A DNA stretch of 64,000 nucleotides. Source: a virus. The notes beneath the pieces were generated by a model. The model had not been told where the DNA came from. It saw nothing but the letters and a program-made list of their open reading frames with translations, and did not search any database. The position numbers and the translations under genes were made by a program. Every line of letters starts with the position of its first letter. Positions within the stretch are counted from its first letter, which is position 1. Shown here piece after piece: positions 1 through 9,253 of the stretch. The stretch spans positions 64,001 through 128,000 of the IMG/VR virus record IMGVR_UViG_3300013004_000026; one strand, 5' to 3'.

Positions 1-86
1 TCATTATTCAACTCCGTCATCAACACTCAATACAACTAAACAGATCAGTATAATAAACAATACTAGGCCACCTAACAGAAATAGTT

Positions 87-323
87 TCATTGTTCAACTC
101 CAAAATGTTCTGCCAGCCATTGCCTTGCTTGAAACCGTGCTATTACTTGATTCTCACCTGGATCTAAAACATCCATACATTCACTCACAATCAACCCGGC
201 GAACTTTTCTAATTCTGGATACGGAGTATTCTCAAATGTACCGGCTCCATATTCACTGGCGTGTTCTTCAAGTATTTTGACCATACCAGCCTGTTCGGCA
301 AGTTCTTTAATTCGTTCGTTCAT
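87..323 (-). CDS. hypothetical phage protein (MNERIKELAEQAG-type)
   Basis: ORF track; overlaps neighbours in a tightly packed minus-strand run. Confidence 0.7.
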   Translation of the reverse strand: MNERIKELAEQAGMVKILEEHASEYGAGTFENTPYPELEKFAGLIVSECMDVLDPGENQVIARFQARQWLAEHFGVEQ

Positions 324-520
324 TTAGTAAACCTTGGTATGCCAGCAGGTGAACCAGCGTACTGAAAACTTGATAGCATGGGCAACAATTTCTCCAGATC
401 CTCTGCAGGGTGGCGTAAAATCTCAGGCATAGCCGCACCATCAATCAGCATAAAGTACAGTTTCTCTGTGCCTTCTTCTATCTGGCGATCAAAGATATGT
501 TGCAAATCTTCTAGAGTCAT
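320..520 (-). CDS. hypothetical protein
   Basis: ORF track; ATGA overlaps with both neighbours. Confidence 0.65.
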   Translation of the reverse strand: MTLEDLQHIFDRQIEEGTEKLYFMLIDGAAMPEILRHPAEDLEKLLPMLSSFQYAGSPAGIPRFTK

Positions 521-885
521 TCTTCAATTTCCTCTACTGGTTGGTTGGGGATGTTGTTAGAGTCTCCGTCCTGTGCAACAACAAATCCCAAGTCCAACAT
601 GATTTTTTGTTCGTCCCAGGTACACCGAGGACGGAACACAAACAGCCGTAAAGTAAGGTTATCTTGGCTGTAGTAGATTCTATACCGCACTTGCTCTATA
701 CCCAAAGACTCAGCCAGTTCCTGCAATGTGAATGTTTCAGGCCAATCCTCAGTTACACTAGCACGAGTCTTTTCAAAGTAGAAATCCAGCACTTGTGGCA
801 CAGCAGAAGGGTTACCCCAAAATGCGTTTTGCTCACACCATGCAATCTTGCGGTCCAGCATTTTCACAGTGATTTCGTTGCTCAT
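517..885 (-). CDS. hypothetical protein
   Basis: ORF track; 4-nt overlaps. Confidence 0.7.
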   Translation of the reverse strand: MSNEITVKMLDRKIAWCEQNAFWGNPSAVPQVLDFYFEKTRASVTEDWPETFTLQELAESLGIEQVRYRIYYSQDNLTLRLFVFRPRCTWDEQKIMLDLGFVVAQDGDSNNIPNQPVEEIEE

Positions 886-1181
886 TGTGTACGCAAGATC
901 CGTGTTACATTAGCCACACGGAAACTACGCCATTCCATCTTGTCCAAGCACCACACACTCAAGGTTTCTGGCTTGTAGGGTTTGGTACTGTGATGTTCCT
1001 TCAAGGGCGCTGGTGGCAGCAGGCTACTGTCAAGAGTGCAGGGCATGGTACGAACTTCTCCATTTACTTTGGTAAAGGTAACTTCACACACACCGTGGCC
1101 TAGCATGCGTCGCAATTCTCGATTGCGACTATCCACATCAAGTTCTTCTGGTTGGTCGTTGTAAACAATTTCCATGCTCAT
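882..1181 (-). CDS. WYL_2 / Sm-like SH3 beta-barrel protein
   Basis: VTFTKVNGEVRTMPCTL...VWCLDKMEWRSFRVANV pattern typical of phage WYL_2-like proteins. Confidence 0.7.
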   Translation of the reverse strand: MSMEIVYNDQPEELDVDSRNRELRRMLGHGVCEVTFTKVNGEVRTMPCTLDSSLLPPAPLKEHHSTKPYKPETLSVWCLDKMEWRSFRVANVTRILRTQ

Positions 1182-1411
1182 GATTTCAATTCCTTTAGTA
1201 TCATTTCTTTCGCACGATTATCTAGATCCTGTTCTTCAGCGGCTCGCATGAGCGGTGTCATTTCTTTTATGAAATCCAACACAGCCTCTTTGCCCTCGTC
1301 AGTCCAACGGCAGTAGCCTGCGCCTGAACTAGTGTAATAATAGAATCTCGTGTTACGGCTGAGTTCCTGGAGTCCACCGAACACTATGTCTTTGACTGCG
1401 TTCTTGTGCAT
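1178..1411 (-). CDS. hypothetical protein (start re-called at MHKNAVK)
   Basis: C-terminal part of track ORF 1178..1765; the ATG at 1411 directly follows the ligase stop. Confidence 0.65.
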   Translation of the reverse strand: MHKNAVKDIVFGGLQELSRNTRFYYYTSSGAGYCRWTDEGKEAVLDFIKEMTPLMRAAEEQDLDNRAKEMILKELKS

Positions 1412-1412
1412 G

Positions 1413-2729
1413 TTAGATTTTTTCACCTTTTGCAAAACCGCGGAATCGAAGGAAGCGGGGAAACCGTAACGAGTATACTTCCTCACTATCTTGATTCCTA
1501 GTCGTTGCATCCGCGCGGATTTCGACCACCTGTCCGAGTACAGCCGTTTGATCTGACCAAATGTCCAGGCGTAGATCGTCAGTGAGACCAGATCCAACAT
1601 TAGTGCGGATTTTCTTGCCGTCGTCTGTGCCTTCGCAGATAAGAGCACCCAGGCGTCCTGCATTCTTGCCTGTACCTTCTTCCAGTCCAACCACAGTGAG
1701 ACTGACTTCCAGAAATGGCTTGCGCTTGAGCCAAGCAGTGGTGCGTTTGGTTTCATATGATGCATCCAGGTCCTTGATCATTATACCTTCGTAACCACCG
1801 CGAATGGCTTCAGCATTGATGTCTTTGAATCTTTGTTCACCTGCGGCAGTATCCAGATCCACAGTTTCGGAACCCAGCACTTGTATATTGGGTGTTGCGT
1901 CAGCCCGGGTGTCTTTCCAGTCTTGCAGTTTTTGCAATCGAGCTGTTTGTGCCACCTTGTACTTGCCCTGTTGAAATGCTGCCAGCGGCACAAGATCAAA
2001 CAAGTGCAGTACCGCATCATTGGCATTTACATTGCTCTTGCGATGCACCTGCTTCATAAGGTCCTGGAAACTGGAGCTCATTACTTCGCCATCAAATACC
2101 ATGGGCTCGGCAATGCCTGAGGCAGTTTGCTCAAACTGCGATTCAATATGCGGAAAGTTTACAAGTTCTTTACCATTGCGGCTGAAAAGATTGCAAGCAC
2201 CATTAGGATACACGATAGCCACAACCCGGACTCCGTCCAGTTTGACCTGAATGATTTTCTTACCGGTGATCTTGGATTCGTGGTTAGCGCCATCATGAGC
2301 CAGCTGGCAGCTAAAAACAGGAATGGTATACTTTTCATTTTGTTTGCCTACTACACTGTTTATGGTCTTTTCACTGACACCACAGCGCAGATCCTTGATC
2401 AGAATGCGTCGGTACCACGAGTTCCACTCTGCTTGCGTGGCACGATTGGCCAGTGCAGAGATGGTGTTCTGTGCGGCATTGCCGGTTAGTTTACGCTCGG
2501 CCAATTCCTGTGCCACTGCCCAGAAAGCATCTGCATGAAGACCTTCGCCGTCTGCGTTTGCAGTAGGCACCTTCTTTACACCAAAGGTGATCATGGCATC
2601 CAGTGCCGCACGAGCACCACGAAAAAATTCGTCGTTGCCTTCAGTCACAGTGCCTTGCACAATGGCCTCTTTGGCCAAGCGGCTGTTGTCTGCTTCTAGT
2701 TCTTGAATGATTTCCCAGGGCTTACGCAT
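1413..2729 (-). CDS. ATP-dependent DNA ligase
   Basis: KLDGVR motif I, FDGEV, EGIMIK, WLKRK, C-terminal OB fold with SLRFPRF. Confidence 0.95.
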   Translation of the reverse strand: MRKPWEIIQELEADNSRLAKEAIVQGTVTEGNDEFFRGARAALDAMITFGVKKVPTANADGEGLHADAFWAVAQELAERKLTGNAAQNTISALANRATQAEWNSWYRRILIKDLRCGVSEKTINSVVGKQNEKYTIPVFSCQLAHDGANHESKITGKKIIQVKLDGVRVVAIVYPNGACNLFSRNGKELVNFPHIESQFEQTASGIAEPMVFDGEVMSSSFQDLMKQVHRKSNVNANDAVLHLFDLVPLAAFQQGKYKVAQTARLQKLQDWKDTRADATPNIQVLGSETVDLDTAAGEQRFKDINAEAIRGGYEGIMIKDLDASYETKRTTAWLKRKPFLEVSLTVVGLEEGTGKNAGRLGALICEGTDDGKKIRTNVGSGLTDDLRLDIWSDQTAVLGQVVEIRADATTRNQDSEEVYSLRFPRFLRFRGFAKGEKI

Positions 2730-3099
2730 TAGACTCTACCTCTTGAACATGGCGGCATGCACCGCGGAATTTGAAACCGGGACAAGTGCAAGTATACACT
2801 GAACCATCTTTTTCTACAACATATTCGGCGCCTTTGCTACCTGCCACACGCCAGGTTGGATTGACTGTGACAGGAATCACATCCTCCAGATCCGTCCATT
2901 TGTAGATGTCGTTGCGCACTTCTACAAATTTGCGACCCCTGGTGTCAATTTGAATTGGCTTGCAGAATGTCTGTGTGTCGCTGGGATTACCAAATCGAGC
3001 ATACGCATACATCTTGTTCTTGCTGTCATCCATCCAATACACATGGTTGCAGTTGAACTCTGTGTCTGCCCAGTTGGTAATTTCCAAAAATGCTTTCAT
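2722..3099 (-). CDS. SWIM zinc-finger protein
   Basis: CTCPGFKFRGACRH SWIM motif; start re-called at MKAFLEIT. Confidence 0.8.
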   Translation of the reverse strand: MKAFLEITNWADTEFNCNHVYWMDDSKNKMYAYARFGNPSDTQTFCKPIQIDTRGRKFVEVRNDIYKWTDLEDVIPVTVNPTWRVAGSKGAEYVVEKDGSVYTCTCPGFKFRGACRHVQEVESNA

Positions 3100-3482
3100 T
3101 ACTTGACCAAGGCGTAGTTTTTGTTCCACTGACCAATACTCAGGTGAGTGTAGAACGCGGTGTGAAAGTAGTCGGTCATTGCATCCGACTCATCAAAGTA
3201 AACACGACCACCTGCACGACCCGGTGCATTGTGCATGATCTCGTTGATTTTGTTTAGTGCAACACGAGCCTCAAGACTGGTCCAGTGGTCGTTGATCCAG
3301 TACTGGTTAACCTGGGTGTAACCGTTGTGCAGGTTCTCGCTGAAGTCCACAGTGCCCTGCAGGATGCTCACATCCACGCTGAGGCTACCGGAGCCTTTGC
3401 GGACGCCGAACTTCCAGTTGGGAAAAGCCTGCTTGAGTTCGGTACGAATTGCTTTGACATCGTCTGCGGAAATGTAAGCCAT
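3099..3482 (-). CDS. LPD29-like early protein
   Basis: KAIRTELKQAFPNWKFGVR...DESDAMTDYFHTAFY; AAGGAG SD and early promoter upstream. Confidence 0.6.
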   Translation of the reverse strand: MAYISADDVKAIRTELKQAFPNWKFGVRKGSGSLSVDVSILQGTVDFSENLHNGYTQVNQYWINDHWTSLEARVALNKINEIMHNAPGRAGGRVYFDESDAMTDYFHTAFYTHLSIGQWNKNYALVK

Positions 3483-3490
3483 TTGGAACG

Positions 3491-3550
3491 CTCCTTTTGT
3501 TTAACTTAGCCTATAGTATAGCAAAATGGACCATTTGGGTCAACCGTTTT
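3491..3550 (-). promoter_or_regulatory. repeated early promoter + leader + SD cassette (copy A)
   Basis: Minus strand AAAACGG-TTGACC-N17(TGc)-TATACT-ataggctaagttaaacaa-AAGGAG; near-identical copies at 13571, 22079, 22417. Confidence 0.9.
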
Positions 3551-3565
3551 AATAGTCTGCTAGTA

Positions 3566-3937
3566 TCATGCAGCCTTTCTAAAATAACCGTAGGGCAAGC
3601 CCACGCAAAAACAAAAATAGTCGTCGTCGCCTGTAGCGCCTTCGGCATCCATCAACCAAGCAATCACACGCTCGCGGGTGGTACCAGGGTGCATGAGATT
3701 GGCAACGCGATTTTCGAACTCAACAATGGCGCGAGCCTCGGCTTCACGGCGAGCAATGTTTTCTTGCTCAATCACACGACCCAGGCTTGCAAACTCCTGG
3801 TCGAAGTCCTCGAGGGTCCAAGTGGAAGTGTCCACACCGCGGGGGCGAACGCCATAGGCATCCTTGTACATGTCCCAATACATGCATTGGGCTTGCTCAA
3901 GAGCAGACAACTCTTCCCAACTTTTGAACTGTTCCAT
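3566..3937 (-). CDS. hypothetical early protein (YKDAYGVRPRG family)
   Basis: ORF track; AGGAG SD and own promoter. Confidence 0.8.
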   Translation of the reverse strand: MEQFKSWEELSALEQAQCMYWDMYKDAYGVRPRGVDTSTWTLEDFDQEFASLGRVIEQENIARREAEARAIVEFENRVANLMHPGTTRERVIAWLMDAEGATGDDDYFCFCVGLPYGYFRKAA

Positions 3938-3967
3938 CTTGGCTCCTTATCACTTAATATACTTCGT

Positions 3968-4058
3968 ATTATAGACAAAATGGGCTTTTAGGTCAACCGT
4001 TTTTAAGGGGGCTAAAACCCGCATAAATGCTAGAGTTTTTTGTTGCTTTTTTACAACA
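3968..4058 (-). promoter_or_regulatory. early promoter TTGACC-N17-TATAAT with upstream hairpin and 18-bp palindrome
   Basis: -10 at 3968-3973, -35 at 3991-3996; hairpin ~4014-4040; TGTTGC-N6-ACAACA at 4041-4058. Confidence 0.8.
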
Positions 4059-4500
4059 AAAAGTATGCTCCTGCGCCAGCCCAACAAACCAGCCCAACAG
4101 GATGGCGCAGTGCCACAGCCCAATCTGCTTGGCTGGGCAAGCTCTGCGCCAGCACAGCAGCCAAGCACCAAATAGCAAAAAGTTTGCCCCAAAAATCTTC
4201 TATGCCTTGTACAAAAGGCCAGGCCAGCAGAGCCAGTGGAATAGCCAGCAAAGGTGCCAGAGCAGTGGGTGCGGCATTGAAGGTATTGAAGTTTTCAAAG
4301 CTCACACTGCCGTAGGTCACATGATCTGATCCATATGAAGGCACCACATTAAAATTGTATGGGCGGGCACCCAACAGCTTGCCAATGATCCAGTGCAAGG
4401 ATTCATGCACAATCGTGCCCGGCAGTGCCACGAACCAAAAGGTAGAACTATGCCGTGTTGCAAAAATTGCAAGTGCTACCAAAATGATGAATAGAGTCAT
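4051..4500 (-). CDS. membrane Zn metallopeptidase (M50B/zincin-like)
   Basis: LPGTIVHESLH HExxH inside hydrophobic segments; promoter TTGACA-N17-TACAAT at 4530-4558. Confidence 0.65.
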   Translation of the reverse strand: MTLFIILVALAIFATRHSSTFWFVALPGTIVHESLHWIIGKLLGARPYNFNVVPSYGSDHVTYGSVSFENFNTFNAAPTALAPLLAIPLALLAWPFVQGIEDFWGKLFAIWCLAAVLAQSLPSQADWAVALRHPVGLVCWAGAGAYFLL

Positions 4501-4560
4501 GTTTGGACATTTGAATTGAACATGCTTGTATTGTAGATAAAGATGGAATTTGTGTCAACC

Positions 4561-4589
4561 AAAAAAAATCCCCCTTGCGGAGGATTTTT
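4561..4589. terminator. intrinsic terminator downstream of pqqA
   Basis: aaaaaaaatcc-cc-ttgc-gg-aggattttt hairpin with A/T tracts. Confidence 0.7.
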
Positions 4590-4605
4590 GGGTGTTAATT
4601 AAAAA

Positions 4606-4680
4606 TTAACGATTTGCGATATACATAGTGATCTCAAAACCGAAACTCATATCTTGAGCAGCTGGTGTAGTCCATGCCAT
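4606..4680 (-). CDS. pqqA: PQQ precursor peptide PqqA (24 aa, absent from ORF track)
   Basis: Hand translation MAWTTPAAQDMSFGFEITMYIANR; W-x-x-P...FGFE-x-x-x-Y motif; AAGGAG SD 7 nt upstream. Confidence 0.93.
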   Translation of the reverse strand: MAWTTPAAQDMSFGFEITMYIANR

Positions 4681-4800
4681 GGTGATTCTCCTTGTTAAGT
4701 TGACACATACATGTCTAATGTATGTATGAAAATTATACAACATGTTGCAGTGCAATCATATCCATAAAGTCATGATTTTCGCCTACAGAATTTCTGTAGG

Positions 4801-5217
4801 CTACTGAGCAATGTATTTGGTCAGATCACCCAACTCTTTGTAGCCTTTGTAGGTTGGGTGAACACCATCTGCACTGATGTTCTTTTCTGGACGAGGAATA
4901 ACTGTGTCTCCAAAATCCTGTGCAACCCATTTTACAGCTCGTACCTGTTCGGGCTTGAGTCGTTGACTGGGCAGCAGCCATAACACTCGATCGGCCTGAA
5001 CCCGAGATCTTAGGGTGCGAAGGTTTTGTTCTGTGTTTACTCCAAGATCGTTAGCACCCAGACTAATAATGAGTGTTTTGGTTGGCTTCAACTTATCAAG
5101 ATGTTGCTTGTTCCAGTTGCTGGAATTGATACCGCTTTTGGCAATGGCCTGACATTCTGGTCGTACCTGGCTTACTCCTACTGCAATACTGTCTCCAACA
5201 ATCAAACATTCTAACAT
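4801..5217 (-). CDS. SGNH/GDSL-like hydrolase
   Basis: GDSIA block I, LGAND block III, DGVHP block V. Confidence 0.85.
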   Translation of the reverse strand: MLECLIVGDSIAVGVSQVRPECQAIAKSGINSSNWNKQHLDKLKPTKTLIISLGANDLGVNTEQNLRTLRSRVQADRVLWLLPSQRLKPEQVRAVKWVAQDFGDTVIPRPEKNISADGVHPTYKGYKELGDLTKYIAQ

Positions 5218-5228
5218 AACTCCTCCTG

Positions 5229-5747
5229 TTAATTGGCTACCACTCGTGAGACACTGGTCATTACCGCAGCAATGCGGCCAATGTCTCTCAATTGCTCCAC
5301 ACTGTAACCCATCTTCTTAAGCCCACTGTAATGAGATTTCACACAGAAGTGACACTTGCCCACAATGCTGGCAGCTAGACTATAAGCTTCAAAACGCTCT
5401 TTGGTAGTGCCTCCGTGAGTGGAAATGGCATTCATGCGCAGTTGGGCAGGCAAGCCTTCTAGTTGGGGGTCGTCGGTCATTTCCACATAGGGATACCACA
5501 CATTGTTTTGTGCCATCAGCGCACCTGCTGTGAGTGCTGCCTGTGCTTCTGTGCGGTTGGCAATCTGACTGTCAATCCAGGTCCATAGCTTGCTGTTGCC
5601 GGTTGCAAAAGCCGCAGCCAAGGCCACAGCTTCTGCTTCTTCCACGGGCAAAGTGCTGCGTTTGATCACAGCATCTAAGTTGAGCTTGGTGTCCTTGGCA
5701 TACTCAGGTATGCTGGCTTCTTTTAATGCATCAACCCAGGCAGTCAT
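5229..5747 (-). CDS. ahpD: alkyl hydroperoxide reductase AhpD
   Basis: YAKDTKLNL, MAQNNVWYPY, GKCHFCVKSH CxxC-xxxH; directly after ahpC. Confidence 0.92.
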   Translation of the reverse strand: MTAWVDALKEASIPEYAKDTKLNLDAVIKRSTLPVEEAEAVALAAAFATGNSKLWTWIDSQIANRTEAQAALTAGALMAQNNVWYPYVEMTDDPQLEGLPAQLRMNAISTHGGTTKERFEAYSLAASIVGKCHFCVKSHYSGLKKMGYSVEQLRDIGRIAAVMTSVSRVVAN

Positions 5748-6292
5748 TATAGTGTTTCTCCACCAATGGGACGGCTGCATGGGCACAGTTCGCCAGTCTG
5801 CAGAGCATCCAAGATGCGCAGAGTTTCGTCTGGGTTACGGCCCACATCCAGATTGTTCACAGTCACATGCTGAATAACATTGTCTGGGTCAACAACAAAA
5901 GTAGCACGAAGTGCCGCGCCTGCTGGCTCATAAAAAATGCCTAGCTGGTCGGCCAAACTCAGCTCACCGCGAGCCACATCTGCAAAACTCCAGCTGCTGG
6001 TCTTCTTCAAATCGTCATGCGCATTGCGCCAGGCCAGCTTGCAGAATTCATTGTCAGTTGAGCCAATCAAGAGCACAGCATCGCGGTCTTCAAAATCCTG
6101 GCGCAGTTTGTCGTAAGCCACGATTTCAGTTGGGCACACAAAAGTAAAATCTTTTGGGTAGTACACAATAATTTTCCATTTGCCTTCAAAACTTTTTTCA
6201 GTAATGGTCTCGAAAGCATTGTCTGGCGTGAGAGCACCAGGTTTTACGCCGGTAACGGCAAAAGGTTGGATTTTATCTCCAATGGTTTTCAT
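5747..6292 (-). CDS. ahpC: peroxiredoxin AhpC
   Basis: YPKDFTFVCPTE peroxidatic Cys motif, GRNPDE, LCPC. Confidence 0.95.
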   Translation of the reverse strand: MKTIGDKIQPFAVTGVKPGALTPDNAFETITEKSFEGKWKIIVYYPKDFTFVCPTEIVAYDKLRQDFEDRDAVLLIGSTDNEFCKLAWRNAHDDLKKTSSWSFADVARGELSLADQLGIFYEPAGAALRATFVVDPDNVIQHVTVNNLDVGRNPDETLRILDALQTGELCPCSRPIGGETL

Positions 6293-6318
6293 TTGATTTC
6301 TCCTAAGGTTAAAATGAA

Positions 6319-6678
6319 TTATTTCTGTGATTTACAATTTGGGCAGATCAGTTGAAGATTGTCTTCACGGCTGTTGTAACTGTCACCGTCTAGGTAGTCA
6401 ACTACCAATGGTGCCGGATGGCCGAGCCACTCTGGCCATTCAGTGATACCACATACTTCACATTTGTGACCGCGTTCTTGAATCAGGTACTTCTTGACCC
6501 AGTCCGGAACTTGGCGCCAAGCCATGGGCTCTTTGCCTTCTTTCCATTCACGCACTAGACTACGGCTACGATACTGAGCTTGGCAACTGTTGTTGCAAAA
6601 CTTGTTGGTATAGCTGTGTCCTTTGATGGCATTGTTCTTGCCGCAGTTCAAACATGTAAAACAACCAAAACTTGACAT
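6319..6678 (-). CDS. HNH-like zinc-binding protein with degenerate active site
   Basis: CLNC..CNNSC, CEVC..ICPNC; VDYLDGD in place of the usual DHIDG. Confidence 0.7.
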   Translation of the reverse strand: MSSFGCFTCLNCGKNNAIKGHSYTNKFCNNSCQAQYRSRSLVREWKEGKEPMAWRQVPDWVKKYLIQERGHKCEVCGITEWPEWLGHPAPLVVDYLDGDSYNSREDNLQLICPNCKSQK

Positions 6679-6951
6679 TCACCCCTCACTTGGTAGAGCT
6701 ATTGTAAAAGCACTATGTAAATATTTACTGCTCTATTGTGTGCAATTATATACGCTTAGAACAGGAAAGTAAATGCTTTTGGTAAAATAAAAAAGCCCTT
6801 AGGCGCCTTTGTTATGAGTCACAGTTGACTGGATAAATATGTTTGAGACTAGTTAAAGCAACTTGTTCGCCGTTAGGCCATCACGCTATGTAATGTAGGA
6901 GCCAATTGATCTAAATAGTTTCCGAATAAAATCATTTATAAGGAAACTATC

Positions 6952-7425
6952 ATGAGAAAAACTATTCTCGCAAGTGCCATTGGCATGTTAGTACTAACTG
7001 GGTGTGCCAGTGGTCCTAGCAACTATCAAAAATACGCAGACACACAACGACAAATCGCCGAAGCTCGCGCCAAAGCTGAAATTGCAAGATATGAGGCTTT
7101 AGGAAAAATTGCCAACCAAGGCGATTCTACCACTCGAGTGGCCGCAGTGATTGCTTTACAACAAGGTGCACCACAAAGCAATCACAGTCCTGGTCTACAG
7201 CAACCGACTAGTACAGGTGACATAGCTCTTCGTTGGGCTAGCTTGCTGGTGCCTAGTCTTACTCAATTTTACAGTATTAGTAAAAATACTGATCTTGCCA
7301 TAGTCAACAGCAACAACAGCAAAGACATTGCCATTAACTCCAACGAAACTATGTTGGGGTTTGGTAAACTTATTGTTGATCCTGTGATTGGAACATCAAG
7401 CGATGTTCTATTGCATCCTCAATAA
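6952..7425 (+). CDS. lipoprotein
   Basis: LTGC lipobox; AAGGA SD; TAAATA elements upstream. Confidence 0.8.
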   Translation: MRKTILASAIGMLVLTGCASGPSNYQKYADTQRQIAEARAKAEIARYEALGKIANQGDSTTRVAAVIALQQGAPQSNHSPGLQQPTSTGDIALRWASLLVPSLTQFYSISKNTDLAIVNSNNSKDIAINSNETMLGFGKLIVDPVIGTSSDVLLHPQ

Positions 7426-7427
7426 AG

Positions 7428-7448
7428 AAAAGGCCCTATTGGGCCTTT
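7428..7448. terminator. bidirectional terminator
   Basis: aaaggccc-tatt-gggccttt between convergent genes. Confidence 0.75.
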
Positions 7449-7466
7449 ATTTCATGCTCTGTTAGA

Positions 7467-8024
7467 TTAGAACTTGAAACCAACGCTGACATTGGTTGCA
7501 TTGTATTCGCTGTCGCCGCGCACACGATCGTAGCCTAGACCAACAAAGTAGTTCTTGGTAATGGCATACTCAGCACCCAACCGATATGTACGGGTGGTGT
7601 CAGCATTTGCGCTGTCCATGGCAGCTCTATAACGATAGCCGGCCTTGACACTGATTACAGGAGTAACTGCATACTTGACGCCTGGTTCAACTGAGTAGTA
7701 GCTGTAGTTGGTGCTAGTCTTGAACTTCTCACCAACTGCACCACGGCCATACAAGCTGAGACCTGTACCGCCAACTGCCTGGGTGGCTGTTAAGCCGGCT
7801 TCCAGTCGTGTGTCGCTGAGATCGTTATCAGTGTTGGTCTTTTGACGAAGGCTGACATCAGCCTTCAACAGTTGATTGATATCTGTGCCCATGGTAACTT
7901 TGGTAGCACGAGCATCCGCTGCACCATTTACGCCATCACGGCCGCTGTACTCAACAGAACCAAATCCGCCAGCAAAAGCGGTACCTGCGGCCAATAGAGC
8001 GGCCAATGCTAAAAGTTTCTTCAT
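7467..8024 (-). CDS. small outer-membrane beta-barrel protein (paralog 1)
   Basis: Sec signal AFA; alternating beta-strands; C-terminal VSVGFKF BAM signal. Confidence 0.85.
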   Translation of the reverse strand: MKKLLALAALLAAGTAFAGGFGSVEYSGRDGVNGAADARATKVTMGTDINQLLKADVSLRQKTNTDNDLSDTRLEAGLTATQAVGGTGLSLYGRGAVGEKFKTSTNYSYYSVEPGVKYAVTPVISVKAGYRYRAAMDSANADTTRTYRLGAEYAITKNYFVGLGYDRVRGDSEYNATNVSVGFKF

Positions 8025-8093
8025 TCTATGTTTCCTCTTGAAAGTTGAAATGACAAATTGTTGTCATGCAGCATTATATATGAATGACATACA

Positions 8094-9098
8094 CTAGGTC
8101 AATGTTTTAGTTACCAAATTGTTTTGGAAGATTTCCCATGCTCGTTCCCAACTCCAACGCCCACTGCCTTCCCAAACTTGTTTGCGATCTAGCATGAGTG
8201 CATCTTTTACAGCCTGTTTCAAATCATTGTTTAGACAACCGGTTATACCTTCGTCCACAACATCCTCTGGCCCTTGACAAGGATAGGCTGCTACAGGTGT
8301 GCCGCAGGCCATGGCCTCGATCATGACAATACCAAATGTTTCCCACTGGCTAGGAAACACAAACACTTCTGCATTGGCATAGTATCGAGCCAGGTCCACA
8401 CCAGTCTTGTAGCCAGTGAAATGCACATCTGGATATTGCTTCTTGTATGTTTCCAGCATAGGGCCATCGCCTACCATGACTTTCAAATAGCCTGGATAGT
8501 CCATTTCAAAAAATGCTTCAAGATTCTTTTCTTTGCTAACACGACTCACGCACAAGAGATAGCGACTCACAGTTTCCACACGATGCACAGGATGAAATAT
8601 CTCACGATCAACACCTCGAGTCCAAGACACAATCTCGCCGTCAAAACCATGATCTCGCAGTTCCTGCACCATTGTGTCTGTTGTGGTCAATACCTTGCCC
8701 GAGTGTTTGTGAAACCAACGCACTAGAGGCCAAGTAAGGGCCTCAGGGATACCAAATAGTTTTCTAAGTCCTTCTGGAAACTTAGTATGATAAGCAGTAT
8801 TGTAGCGATAACCGTGTTTGTCAAGATATTGTCTAACACGCAAACCCACAGGACCTTCGGTGGCGATATGGATATAATCCGGATTGATCTCCTCAAGTAT
8901 CTGGCCCACCTTCCTGGGAAAGGCAATCTTGACTTCGTTGTAGCCAGGGCAATCAACATAGCGGAACCGCCCGGGATCAAGATATACAACACGATAGTTG
9001 TCCCGAATCGCACACGCCTCAATATTTTTGTAGGTTGTAACCACACCATTGATCTGGTCCTGTAAATTGTCGGTTACTATGAGTATTGTCTTTTGCAT
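8094..9098 (-). CDS. GT4 glycosyltransferase, Agt-like glycolipid synthase
   Basis: ILIVTD..QINGVVTT, HIATEGPVG, YHTKFPE, SRVSKEKN, ETFGIVMIEAMACGTPV. Confidence 0.85.
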   Translation of the reverse strand: MQKTILIVTDNLQDQINGVVTTYKNIEACAIRDNYRVVYLDPGRFRYVDCPGYNEVKIAFPRKVGQILEEINPDYIHIATEGPVGLRVRQYLDKHGYRYNTAYHTKFPEGLRKLFGIPEALTWPLVRWFHKHSGKVLTTTDTMVQELRDHGFDGEIVSWTRGVDREIFHPVHRVETVSRYLLCVSRVSKEKNLEAFFEMDYPGYLKVMVGDGPMLETYKKQYPDVHFTGYKTGVDLARYYANAEVFVFPSQWETFGIVMIEAMACGTPVAAYPCQGPEDVVDEGITGCLNNDLKQAVKDALMLDRKQVWEGSGRWSWERAWEIFQNNLVTKTLT

Positions 9099-9253
9099 TC
9101 TGCCACTACCTTGAATGATTCAAATTTTAACCAATAGGTCAAACTGTTTCGAGCACGCTCGCATGCCTGTTGAGTTTCAAATTCAATTTGTACTCTGCCT
9201 GGGATGTCGTTTGGGTCTTTGCTGTGTATCGCTAGTATTATCAACAACCACAT
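9077..9253 (-). CDS. small hypothetical protein (MWLLIILAIHS...)
   Basis: C-terminal part of track ORF 9077..9310; GGAG SD; overlaps the 3' end of the phosphoesterase. Confidence 0.5.
   Translation of the reverse strand: MWLLIILAIHSKDPNDIPGRVQIEFETQQACERARNSLTYWLKFESFKVVAECKRQYS

Noticed and set aside
6841-6920. Possible riboswitch in the 5' region of the lipoprotein gene
   Set aside because: Only weak short stems and no recognisable aptamer consensus.
8050-8067. Inverted repeat ATGACAA-N4-TTGTCAT upstream of barrel paralog 1
   Set aside because: Single occurrence; cannot tell an operator from a 5' UTR hairpin or chance.
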